A DNA stretch of 64,000 nt, from the NCBI GenBank assembly GCA_043228905.1, contig JBHGNT010000004.1, positions 24,242,001-24,306,000 of the forward strand, given 5' to 3'. This stretch comes from Azolla caroliniana (lineage: Eukaryota > Plantae > Polypodiophyta). The notes beneath the pieces are model-generated. The model ran no database searches. It was not told the DNA's origin and saw only the letters and a program-made list of their open reading frames with translations. Each line of letters opens with the position of its first letter. The first letter of the stretch is position 1. Of the stretch, positions 38,882-51,900 are shown one piece after another. The position numbers were made by a program, and so were the translations under genes.

Positions 38882-39103
38882 GAAAATACAAACAAACGAA
38901 ATCTGAGCCCCCCCCCCTCTTTCTTTCTGTCTCTTTCTCTGTCTGCATATTGATACCTGCAAAACCCTAAAACTTATCTGCTTTTGCTTCATCTCTCCTC
39001 TCCTTCCAAAACTCTGTAAACCCTAAAAATCTTATCTTGGCCTTTCTTTTTATCTTCTTCTTCTTCTTCTTCTATAACGTGAGATTTTGCTGCCACTTCG
39101 GAA

Positions 39104-41788
39104 ATGCTTCCGTTTCCTCCATTGGAGCCTCTCCCCGCTCATAATTCATGGGCTCTCGAAGCTGAGAATGAAGAATGTCAAGCTCCCATTATTCCAAGAA
39201 GATCTTCTCCACACAGGGAAAGCCACACCGATGCAAAACGATATTCTGAAAGCTCGATTCGAAGAGATGACAGTCACTCCAGCCGACCAAGATCAGGCTT
39301 TTCCTATCGCATCAGAAACATGCCTAGTCGATCTTCTTCACGATGTTACGCTCCGAGAAATTATGAAACTGCTAACGTGATTAGACCTGCAAAAGAAAGG
39401 CCATCCTTATCGAATGGGCGGAATGTAGATTTTCTTCTTCTTGGCAAGGGAGATCGTAAGTGTAGGCGCTACGATTCTGAAATATGCGCAGAATCACAGA
39501 GATCAAAACGCATTAAGGATGAAATTTACCCAGAAACACTGAGATGGAGGCGTCATAGGGATGAGGACGAAATTTATACAGGCGCAAAGAGATACGTACA
39601 TGGTAGGTCTCCCGATGCCCACGTAAGTAGAAGAAGAGATAGGATCTATGAGGGCTGCATTGAGAGGAAAGTTCATTCAGAAGCTTCTGCCGAAAAAAGA
39701 ACACTTAGGAGCGCAGAAACCGTATGGATAGCAAAAAGAGGACTAGCCGTGAAATCGTCTGTCACTCCTGATGATTCAGAGCAGGAGTTTATGATGGCAG
39801 ATCAATCGTCTCTATACAATTCTCCGTTTATTCATCAAGATGTAGATTTGATTCCCGTTCATAATGAAGCCCTCAATAATTCTGGTTTCTGTAAATCTAC
39901 CTTAACGGACGGCATTGAATCTCCTGTTTGTAAGGATTTGAAATTCAACGAAGCTTTTTCCAAGAAAGAATTATCGATACCATCTGAAAACATATCATTC
40001 AATAATGTTAGGATCCAGTCACCTATTACAAGCACAAAACTTGATGATAGGAAGATCGGAAATGTTCACTCCAAGGATTGCAAATCAATGTATGATGTCA
40101 TGAAGCTTACTGATAGATCTGTAGATGATAAGAAAATAGCGAAAATTGCAGATAGATCAGGAGATTCAAAGATAGTTACAACAATGTCTAAGGAGGATTC
40201 CACCACATTTATCGATGTTACTAACAAATTCCACATTAAATCTGCTTCAGGTGATTATCTTCTTCTTATTCCTTTGTCACGATACTTATGTTAAACAATC
40301 ATAACGTGAATCCTTGATGGTCTAAATCTTATGTAACGTGTAGCATTTATTCAATTCGTTCAGTTATTAGAAAGGAAGCTCAAGAGGATGATGCACATCG
40401 TTTAGGTCAGAGGCAACGCCAGATTGAGTTTGGAAAGAACACTCTTGGGTATGAGCGGTATTGTGATCTCATTCCAAGGTAAGTTTATATGTAGCAAAAC
40501 CCTGGGTAAGATATGTGCAATTTTGTGTTTTTGGAATTGTTGCTGTACCATCGTTCTTTATATTCCCAGGAGGTTGTAGACAGAATTTGTAAAGCCAATT
40601 CATTTCAGGATGAGAATGTAGGTTATTTGTTGGTGTAACTGATATCATAGGTTTGGCATTGAAGTACAAGACTCACTAATACACCGTGACATTGTACTAT
40701 CATTCTTGATCTGGCTTAAATATATTTGATTTATAATGGTGTTGCAGATTCTTTTTGTGTACTATATAGTTTGTGAGTAAAAAAATTACATAGCCACCCA
40801 TCATAACTATACATTTTAGATTTATAGCTTTGACTAGCAATGATAACAAACCGTCAAATAGGTAGGTTTTGATCTGAAATAATGCTGTATGAGATACTTC
40901 CTCATATCTCTATCACTAAATTGTTACTTTAGAATCTTATGAATCAAGATACAGTATTTGTAATGTTCTGTCTGATTATTGGTCTCTGGTTCAGACAAAA
41001 GCGGAAAAGATCGGATCCGCAAACACCGAACCCAAAGCAAATATGCAGCAAACGCAGTTGGGATGGACAAATTCGCAAATGGAGAAGACTTCTTCATGTG
41101 TATGACCCCCCTATAGAAGAAGGGGAAGAAATGGCAGAAGACTTTAGTCATATCCATCTTAAATCTAATAATACAACAGAGAACGATAATGAAAGGTATG
41201 AGTTGGGGAAGTTAATAATTTCTCTTTTTATTGCTCATGTTAGTCTCTCTTGTTTGTTAGCAATGTGCGCCCATGTTTACAGACCCCAACATTCTAATGG
41301 TTTGTGAAGCATAGATTGAAAAGCTTGTTTAAAGCTTATATTTGAAGCTATCAGAATGGATTTGTTTTTTTAACAATTATTCGATTTTCTTATTAAAATG
41401 GTTCATATTTCGGTTGATAGTTCAAGAAATTGGGATATTCTTCTTAAAGTAATTTAGGTTTTTGTTTTAAATTTGAGAAAATGTAGTGTTTTTTTTCATT
41501 TGGTTCATATCTAATTCCCTTTTCTCCTTTGTCACCTAATATTATGCACGCTATTTCTTGTTTAAGAATAATGGGCACTTGATCACATTATGTTATGCAC
41601 TTCATGTCTTTGTTTTGTTCCCTCTTGTTATCTTGTCATTTTACAGAAGAAGTTTCAAACTTTAGCATTGTTCCTTAATTTTTTGTATTAGGTCTCATGA
41701 AGCTGAAGTCACAACAAATGCTGGAAATCTGAAAGTGATGATAAAAGACAAAAGTTTGGATATATATGAGGATTGGATGGAGCCTTAA
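39104..41788 (+). CDS. SLBP: Histone RNA stem-loop (hairpin) binding protein, ~519 aa
   Basis: Exons 39104-40250, 40364-40478, 40995-41195 and 41692-41788 join in frame (1560 nt, GT-AG). Domain: EDDAHRLGQRQRQIEFGKNTLGYERYCDLIPRQKRKRSDPQTPNPKQICSKRSWDGQIRKWRRLLHVYDPP, matching the SLBP RNA-binding-domain pattern. Confidence 0.92.
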
Positions 41789-42231
41789 TGACCAAGCAAA
41801 GGATTTCATCAATGTGTTGAACTCCATAATCTATGTTGCTAAGTGTTGGCCTATCTATCTTCTTAATAAAAAGCTCTCTATTTTGTTAACAACCCAGAAA
41901 TTTGTAAATAATATTTTGCAACTTAACTTTTAGCCACTATAGTTCAAATTATGAATGTTCTGATGAGAAAACTATCTGTCTTGACATGTTGCAAAATCAT
42001 CGGTTATTGGCACATGTATACATACATACCTTTTAACCACAGACATTCATCTTATAATCAAAAGCTTTGCCAATTATTTTTCAACTTGTAACTCTAAAAT
42101 AACCTGGGAACTGAGTGTTAGGGATGGAGTGTTTGTATGTAGGGAGAATCTTTGTCGAAAGAGAATGGAGACTTGATGTTAGATATAAAGTGAAAAGAAA
42201 TGCAGTTTAGCTGAGTGGATGCATTGTGTAT

Positions 42232-43817
42232 GTAACATGTTTGATCACAAGCGCATGGTGTTAACATGGACATATCTAACAACGTGATGTTTGTGAATAG
42301 ATTATATGATTAAACTTGATTTTGTTAGACTGTAAATTGTGTATGTAATTATGTGAGAATTACTCAGATGTTTTTTGAATTTGATTGGTAGGGTGCTACA
42401 GAGGGACATTGTAGGATTAGGCATGGTGTTAACATGTTTGATCACAAGCGCATGGTGTTAACATGGACATATCTAACAACGTGATGTTTGTGAATAGATT
42501 ATATGATTAAACTTGATTTTGTTAGATTGTAAATTGTGTATGTAATTATGTGAGAATTACTCAGATGTTTTTTGAATTTGATTGGTAGGGTGCTACAGAG
42601 GGACATTGTAGGATTAGGCATGGTGTTAACATGTTTGATCACAAGCGCATGGTGTTAACATGGACATATCTAACAACGTGATGTTTGTGAATAGATTATA
42701 TGATTAAACTTGATTTTGTTAGACTGTAAATTGTGTATGTAATTATGTGAGAATTACTCAGATGTTTTTTGAATTTGATTGGTAGGGTGCTACAGAGGGA
42801 CATTGTAGGATTAGGCATGGTGTTAACATGTTTGATCACAAGCGCATGGTGTTAACATGGACATATCTAACAACGTGATGTTTTTTGTGAATAGATTATA
42901 TGATTAAACTTGATTTTGTTAGACTGTAAATTGTGTATGTAATCATGTGAGAATTACTCAGATGTTTTTTGAATTTGATTGGTAGGGTGCTACAGAGGGA
43001 CATTGTAGGATTAGGCATGGTGTTAACATGTTTGATCACAAGCGCATGGTGTTAACATGGACATATCTAACAACGTGATGTTTTTTGTGAATAGATTATA
43101 TGATTAAACTTGATTTTGTTAGACTGTAAATTGTGTATGTAATCATGTGAGAATTACTCAGATGTTTTTTGAAGTTGATTGGTAGGGTGCTACAGAGGGA
43201 CATTGTAGGATTAGGCATGGTGTTAACATGTTTGATCACAAGCGCATGGTGTTAACATGGACATATCTAACAACGTGATGTTTTTTGTGAATAGATTATA
43301 TGATTAAACTTGATTTTGTTAGACTGTAAATTGTGTATGTAATCATGTGAGAATTACTCAGATGTTTTTTGAAGTTGATTGGTAGGGTGCTACAGAGGGA
43401 CATTGTAGGATTAGGCATGGTGTTAACATGTTTGATCACAAGCGCATGGTGTTAACATGGACATATCTAACAACGTGATGTTTTTTGTGAATAGATTATA
43501 TGATTAAACTTGATTTTGTTAGACTGTAAATTGTGTATGTAATCATGTGAGAATTACTCAAATGTTTTTTGAAGTTGATTGGTAGGGTGCTACAGAGGGA
43601 CATTGTAGGATTAGGCATGGTGTTAACATGTTTGATCACAAGCGCATGGTGTTAACATGGACATATCTAACAACGTGATGTTTTTTGTGAATAGATTATA
43701 TGATTAAACTTGATTTTGTTAGACTGTAAATTGTGTATGTAATCATGTGAGAATTACTCAGATGTTTTTTGAAGTTGATTGGTAGGGTGCTACAGAGGGA
43801 CATTGTAGGATTAGGCA
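42232..43817. repeat. Tandem array of 8 near-identical units (3 x 197 bp, then 5 x ~200 bp)
   Basis: Anchor tttgatcaca at 42240, 42437, 42634, 42831, 43031, 43231, 43431 and 43631. Confidence 0.97.
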
Positions 43818-44699
43818 CTCTATACTATGTCAGCATATCTTTCATGTTATGGGTGCTTATTGCAGAAAAAAGACATTGACGGATAAAGATCTAATGTATC
43901 TTAGCTTCTTGCAAATAAAACTCAATTGACATGTGTTTTATGCAATGTTGATAATAATATTTATGCTAATGAATCACTGATGAAGAAGGTCAAGTATTGC
44001 AATTGGGTTACATGTGTTGATTGTACTAACTACAAAGCATGTTATGTCGAATATTCAGAATCCTACTTGGATTGCATGCTGCTTTGATCTACCAAAAAAT
44101 AATTAGATTTAGTATCATTTCCTAAATATTCATCATCCCATAAAAGAAAACGTTAGGCATCCTTATAAAATAAGGAATTTTGTCTTCTACTAGGGTCGGA
44201 TCTCCAATCCATCGCAAACTAAAATTGCTCATGTACCAATTATTTATTCGCACGTCAAATGCAATGATCCTTCCAAAAACAAAGGGCTATGTGTTGGTAG
44301 GTCAATGACTATTTGTGGTGGCATTATCCATCTAGAGTCACCCAGAAAGTTTGTGGACATGCCTTGTATTGCAGAAACCGAAAGAAGGAAACTGATCACT
44401 AATCATGCCCAAAACCAACTTTTATAGGTTGCATATCAACCGAGGGTAATACGCATTGAGGTCATCATGAGCCAAGCAAAAGCCAACATTTGGGTTCAAA
44501 TGAAAAAGGACACATAAATTCGTAGTATGGGAGAAATCGGCCATGAAATGCAACCTGAGTCATGCATGTCCGAAACAAGCTCGATCGATGGGCTACAATT
44601 CGATCGATCAATCGATCAAGGGGTCTATATTTTTTTTGAGAATATGGACTCATGTTGGCCCTCCAGAAGAGGCCACTACTTCAGCCAAGTCTAATTGTT

Positions 44700-45580
44700 G
44701 TATTATTATGAGAAAAAACATAAAAAGCACAATATATGTATAAATTGGTGAGGGCTACTTTTGGTATTGTCCCTAATCAGAAGGCTATATTTGTAGTTTG
44801 GCCATGAAATCCTCCTCTGATCCCTTGTTTCTTGCTCTCTGTTCTGCCTCCCTTCCCACCACCGCCTCCTTAACAACTATCTTACTTTACTATCCATGGC
44901 TACCATTAGAGAAACCATAGAGTTTCATCTCCAGCAATTTGCTAAAGAGAAGATGGGAATGGAGGTCTCTGTTGAGGAGCTCTACATCTCTCTCGCCATT
45001 GTCTTGTTAGCCACTTTTCTGTTCTTCGTGTTAGGTAAGGATCTACCATTGTTGACCCTTTTTATTTCTCCCCTATGTCTCATTGGTGTTTTTTTCCCCT
45101 TACATTCTAAATATGAATGTCTCTCCGACTGCAGTGTCCCATGCTATATTTGGAAGAAACAAAACAGATACCATCTTGCTCGTTGGTTTAAGCGGGCGGA
45201 GTTAGGAAGACAACATTATTTTACAGGTTATCTTTACCTCTCTATACCCTTGGAAAATTTTAAGATATTCATATGCATACATTCATAGTGATCTTTGTGG
45301 AAATAGTATCACATCTACAATGTTAATGTTCATCATTATATAACTCTTTATTTTAAGGAAAATTGAATTGTTGCATATGCATATATATATATCCGTGCCG
45401 ATACATGCATGAAAAGAATCATATATACGGACCACGGTATTATTCAAAAAACCTATTAATAAAGTTTTAAGGAAATTTAATAATTTCCAGTTGCACATAT
45501 TCATTATAATCTTCTTAGAAAAGAATTGTACCCACACTAGTATTTGGGATAAAAGATCCAAATGAGATATTGTTTACTAT
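44700..45580 (+). pseudogene. Partial 5' duplicate of SRP receptor beta (exons 1-2 and flanks)
   Basis: Aligns with ~48800-49615; ATG at 44896; exon 2 has a 4-nt insertion (agcgggcggagttag) creating a stop in the P-loop; no downstream exons follow. Confidence 0.9.
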
Positions 45581-46769
45581 TATTGATTACCACGCTCTTT
45601 ATTTATGACACCTTGAGAGTGTTATGAGAGTTACACCCTCCACAAGCCTTAGGGAATGAGCCATGGATGCCCTCATACACATGCATTCCATTTGTATTCA
45701 TGCACTAATGACACATCATTTAGGATCCCTCGATTGGGACACTTTAGAGCTTCCTTATCGATGGTTATGGCATCATGCATAGGTGGACATATATATCTTA
45801 ATATATCAAGGTTGCACATTGCTTAGATGAATGGCAATATATTGATCTTGAAAGCTCCAAAATATAATGTCCTAACATTTGCTCGCTCAAATATAAAATG
45901 ATATATTACCTCACCAATGCTTTTTTTTCCAAAAAAATATTCTTCATTAGTAGAAATTCTACAGACATGACGAAATGATTAGTCTAACAACATTATAAAG
46001 GTTGTAGCCATGATAGGTCAATAATAGAGTTCAAAGACTCAGAGTGGAAAACTAAAAGGCACCGACCTTGAGTTCTTCTTCGTTTAAGCAGACGGCTATA
46101 GAGAAGTTACTCACTCTCACTCTCTTACACTCACTTAGTTACAGAGGCAACTACCAACTATAACTTTTCAACAACTATACAACAAATCATCATGCATAAT
46201 GATTGCCCTAGATGTATTTATACTAATACAACATTCAGGGCTATTTACAAATATAGCTCACAATGGCACATTAACTCTATTTACAGATATAGCCCCGAGT
46301 CGGCTTCAACTTATTTGGCTGAATCGATTTTCGACCACGACTAAATCGAACAATCGGTTTGATTTTTTCAGCCTCGAACGAGTTGCTGTCAACCGATTAT
46401 GTTCTCCCTTTTCTTCGACTCGTGCTCCTCTTCCCATCCGGAGGTTGTTACCTAACAACTTTATATCCTCATTGAGATCTACATAAGAAAAAGTTCCTTC
46501 CAAAATTTCAAGGTGTTTCTCTACAGTCTTCGAGGTCGCATTTTCCTTTCTTTGTTTATCACAACCACACCATCACAGACCTGCAGAGAATTCATATTTT
46601 CTTCCAGACCGAACCTAGTATCTTGATCTTCATAATCTGCATTCTCCAATGTGACATTGTCATTGCTATTAAGGAGGCCATTATTTTCAGTCGAAGAGGT
46701 TTCAAGAATACAAAATTATCTTCATCTTCCACATGAAACACTTGCTTATCACCACCGAAGACATGTACA

Positions 46770-47160
46770 TCCTCATCCCCTCGTGAAAATATCTTCAACC
46801 CCTAACATCATCATCCCTCATCCTTATCAAGAAATAGAAAATTTGCTTCTTTTTCCATATCCACCCTCTCGCCGATTAACACCGATGGCATGTACCTACA
46901 AAAAAACAAAACAAGTATAATGTCCTCATCCCCTCCTGAAGGTATGCTTTAGCCCCCGACACCATCTTCACTCATCAAGAAATAGAAAATCTACTTCTTT
47001 TTCCCACATCCACCCTCTCGCCGATTAACACCGAAGGCCTGTACATACAAAAAACAAGATGAATCTACTCCCCTCATCCCTTCATGAAAATATGCTTCCG
47101 GCCCCGACACCATCATCACTCATCCTTATAAAAAATACAAAATCTGCTTCATTTTCCACG
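46770..47160. repeat. Degenerate ~150-bp direct repeats (2 full, 1 partial), probably inside an old TE/LTR
   Basis: cctcatcccc..gaaaatat..aagaaatagaaaat..ccaccctctcgccgattaacaccga repeated at ~46771, ~46924 and ~47072. Confidence 0.7.
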
Positions 47161-48946
47161 TTACCCATCTCACCGTTTTCCACCAAAGTCCACCAAAATC
47201 CTCAAACCACCTCCACGAACAATTACCTCACCAATGTTGGCCCTTATATGGACAATTATGCCCTTATTCTTTGGTCCAATGTCATACATTGCCCTAAATG
47301 AACTCAAAATGGAGTGTGCTAGCTATAGCTAGCACATGCTTGCTAAGATAGTATATGGTAATGCAATACCTTATCACCACCGGTTGGTCCTTATAAAACA
47401 ACATGACAAATGGAGTGAACTCAAATGTATGAACATGTCAAGGCTACACATTCCCTCCTAGTTCAATTCATATCCAAAATGCCTTGTTCACATCCCTGTA
47501 CTATGACCCCTAAATCTCATGTCATGAACAAGTATACTGGTACTTATCAAGCAAGGCCAACTCATGATGTGTACGAACATGTCAAGCCCACACATATCCT
47601 CCTTGTTCAAATCTTATACATTCATCTCTAGTTCACATCCTTGTACAAGTGATTCCTAAATCCTCTGTTGTAGCGGTACTTGTCAATTGAGCCCAACTCA
47701 TTAGGTTATGAGCTTTTTATACCGCGAGCAAGTGACTAATCGGGGGCCGAGGAGCGTCCGGATACTGCCATCGTGTGAAACCATGGGAGAAGAAGAAGAA
47801 GAAGAAGACAATATCGTGCGGATGTGTGAAACCAAGCAAAACGCTAGTAGTTGTAGCTTAGTTAGAGAGAGAAGGCTGTCTCTCTAGTCTTGCGTCTTGG
47901 TTCGGGAACGAGGCTACAGCAGGCTCGAGGTTCGGGATCCGAGGCTCGCTAAAGTGTAGGTTCGGGGGAAAGCTGCAGACTCGGTGAGCTCATCGTTCTT
48001 GCTTTCTCCCCCTTTTTCTTCTTCTCTGCAAACTCTGTTTCTTCTTCTGCTTCTTCCCAAAATTTCTTTCACTCTGTTCTGCCTCCCCGCACAGCAAGTA
48101 AAACCCCCTAATTTCTTCTCTCTCTCTCTCTCTCTGATCCGCTACCGGTCTCTGCCTCCCCCAAAAAGCTTCCGTTTCTCTCTCTTCTGGTAAAACCTCT
48201 GCTCATTTTTTCTCGCATTAAACGGCGAAAGTTGATAACAATTGCCTTCTCTCGGTTGACAGTTTTGATGTCTTCCTCTTTTTTACTGTGTTTTGAGAAC
48301 CATTTTTCCCCCTCAAAAGGTTCCGTTTTCCTTTGAGGATTCATGTTGTCCATTCTCTGTTCTAACTAAAAGCTTAACGTAATTAACAAGAAATGCTTTT
48401 TATATATTAATTTGCATCAATTTCCTTCCAATTTTAGATTATTCCTTTAAGCTTCTCAACATGATTTCTCATAAATTTTGAATTGTTTCGACAAAGCTAA
48501 TTTCTATTCAAATTTGTGTCAATTTCTTTTGTTTTAGCTTTGAAAATTGGCAAGGTTACAAGATGTGAATAATTTAAAGATCCATATGAAGTTTATTTGT
48601 TATATAGCTTGTTTTCTTATGAATTTAGGGCTGATTATCTCATAATATTGTCAAAATTATGGCTGTTTGAACAAGCATCTAGATGTTACTTTTTTACATA
48701 GTTTTTCCCAGATGTAGGGCTGTATGGAAGGTCCTTATGTAATGAAAAATATTCTATTGCTTGTATGTATATGCAGATCACCCAAGGCTATTTATTTTTT
48801 ATTATTATGGGAAAAATACAAAAAGCACAATAAATTGGTGAGGGTTACTTTGGTATTATGTATAATCACAAGGCTATATATGTGTAATTTGGTCAGGAAC
48901 TTCTCTCTCGCCACTGCCTGCACAAAAATTATCTTACTTACTAGTC

Positions 48947-51900
48947 ATGGCTGTTGTTAGAGAAACCATGGAGCTTCATCTCCGTCAATTTGCTAAAGAG
49001 AAGATGGGAATGGAGGTCTCTATTCAGGAGCTCTACATCTCTCTCGCCACTGTCTTGTTAGCTACTTTTTTGTTCATTCTACTAGGTAAAGATCTACTTT
49101 TGTTGACCCATTTTATTTCTCCCCTCGGTTTCATTAGTGTTATTTTCTCCCATATATTCTAAATATGAACGTCTCTCCTACTGCAGTGTCCCGTGCTGTA
49201 TTTGGGAAAAAAAAAACAGATACCATCTTGCTCATTGGTTTAAGCGGAGCTGGGAAGACAGCATTATTTTACCAGGTTATCGTTCTATCTTTATATCCAT
49301 AAAAAATTTTAAGATTTTCACATGCATACATCTATAGTGATCTTCTCGGAAATAGTATCCAATCTACAATGTTGGTGTTCATTATTATATAACTCTTTAT
49401 TTTAAAGAAAATTGAATTTTCGCATATGCATATATATCAGTGGTGATACATGCATGAAAAGAATCACGTATACAGTAGCATTCAGAAAACTTGTTAATAA
49501 AGTTCTATGGAAATCTTATAATTTTCACTTGCATGTATTCATTATACTTTTCTTAGAAAAGAATTATACCCACACTATTTGGGATAAAAGATCCAAATGA
49601 GATCTTGTTTACTAAATTCTCTGTTGAATTTTTAACTTGTGATCTAAAGGTATTTGTAAAAGGAATAAAGTCCAATTGAAATTAAAATAATTAAGTCGTA
49701 TTTTCTCATAATCTTCTAATGTTTATTCACGAAACAAACTCAGCTAATTAAACAATGGGTTTTCAAATACTGATCTACAAGCAACTCAATGTTTTGTTTA
49801 GCACAAGGTTCATTCATATGACTCAACATTTAGGTAAAAATATGGAAAAAGACACATTTTATATGCATATACAAGAATCTAGTCATTTTGACAACACAAG
49901 GGTTGTACTTGCAACCTTGCACTTAGTGAAAATTCACATGTGTGCTCGCATATGTTGATGGTCGTCATGAAAAAGAATGAGCTTGATATGCATATACAAG
50001 CAACTGAATATTTTTCATACGGAAGGTTCTTCCATACAGCCCTGCATCTCGGGAAAACTATGTAAAAAGTAACATCTACATGCTTGTTCAAACAGCCATA
50101 ATTTTTTGTCCAATAAAAGGCTTGGCTATGTATGTTCAAGGGGCTCCTTGGCAAAACTTTAAGAAACTGAGCTTTTTATTTTAACACATAGTCAGTTCAT
50201 TTGATGGGTTTAGGGCTTGCCAAGTCACCTGATTTGGGAATCCTCAGTTTTTTTCTTGTAATAATTTGTATAAAATGTCAACTAAATGACTTTTTTGAAA
50301 TTTTCCTTGTAGCTACGAGATGGGTCTATACACAAGGGTACTGTCACATCTATGGAGCCAAATGTTGACTGTTTCATTTTACACTCTGAGATTTCTAAGG
50401 TATGTTCGCAATTTTTGTGGAATGATATCATGGGCGTTGCACTAAACTCGTTTACTTTTATTTATATTGCTCAGCCACAACCATCCTTTGGCTTAGAAAC
50501 CTCCAAATAAATAGCCCGCGAATGTAATTGCCTGGATACATTTGTTATTTTCATAGCCATCACAAGAAAATATTCTGTGTTTTGAGATGCTAGGTATTTT
50601 CACAAATTTACGAGCTTTGCCAAAAATTTGTTTGCTTCAAGGACATTATATTGTGGGAAATTTTGACGTGAAACTCACATGAATGATAAGTAGTTCGATT
50701 ATGGAAGTATTGTCCAGTTCATTCACGTAATCTTGATTCTACTCACATGATTGACAACTATTGTATTAGTTTTTGTTCCATTTTAAAATATTTTGATTAA
50801 TAGCATAGGATATGGAAACTATGCAAATTAGCACGACACATTTTGGAGTTTCTACAAAACTAGAAACATGGTATTTGTTTAGTAGAGGCTAAATTCACTG
50901 GGGTCCCTAAGTATGGTGAGAAGTAGCCATTGTAACTCTAGACTGGAATTTGAGAAATGTGACAAGTTGGATGGACATTGTCTCAGAGAATGAAAGCAAA
51001 TGTGTATTCTTAGTGTGTGATGAAAATGCTAGTTGACTTATGAGGAATAAATAGAAGACCATCAACAGAAAACATTCATCATGTCAATGAGGAAATAATC
51101 CTATGGAGGGCATGAAGGAAGGAACATTTGTAGCTAACAAAAAGTGCAGACTGATGAATCTTTTCAAAATGTTTCTAGTAACCTTGTCGAAACTCTAAAA
51201 ATAACTACAACTTGCCTGATTTGTAGTCTGTTTTCTGTATCACGTAGTATTAACTCTTCATTGAAAAGAATTGAGTGTAAAATTTCTAATTTGGGGAAAT
51301 TTTAAACATGTCATTTTGGTTGCTATAAACGTCCAAGAACTCTCCCTTTATACATTTATAAAGGCCTTTTCTTGATTGGGTAAAGGCCCTAAATGACCCC
51401 TTATAGTGTGTAAATGTGTATAGGCCTATTTATAAAGGCCAAAAGTCACTAATCACTTTTTCGTTATTTTTTGGGCCAAGTTCAGCGTGAACTTGGCCAA
51501 TCCGAAATGGGTCATATAAAACATAAGTTGAAAACTTTTGGATCTCACTTAAAAGGTGAGCTCCTCCAACTATTGCTTTCTCTGTATCTTTTCAACCATA
51601 GCTCCACTGTTGCATCTAAAGATCCTATACTAGGGTGAATCCTGAGTATTCCTCAGCCCTATTGACATCATTCCTAACCCTTACAACTGGTATTAGAGCA
51701 GGTTTAGGGTTTTAGAATTTTTGAGTAGATGTTGTACAACAAAGAAAAAGTGTTCAGACCTCTTTATTGTGTGGCTATGGCGTCATCCTCCTCAGATGTG
51801 AAGAATCTTTTTGAGATTCGACGATTTGAGGGAACAAATTTCGACTTGTGGAAGGAGAGAATGCATGGAATTCTTTTTTTGAAGGATTGTGACAGGGCAT

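Noticed and set aside
42232-43817. CRISPR-like array
   Set aside because: Whole units are near-identical with no unique spacers, there are no cas genes, and the context is eukaryotic.
46003-47330. Solo LTR
   Set aside because: LTR-like composition but no matching TG..CA ends with a TSD; only the internal repeats are reported.
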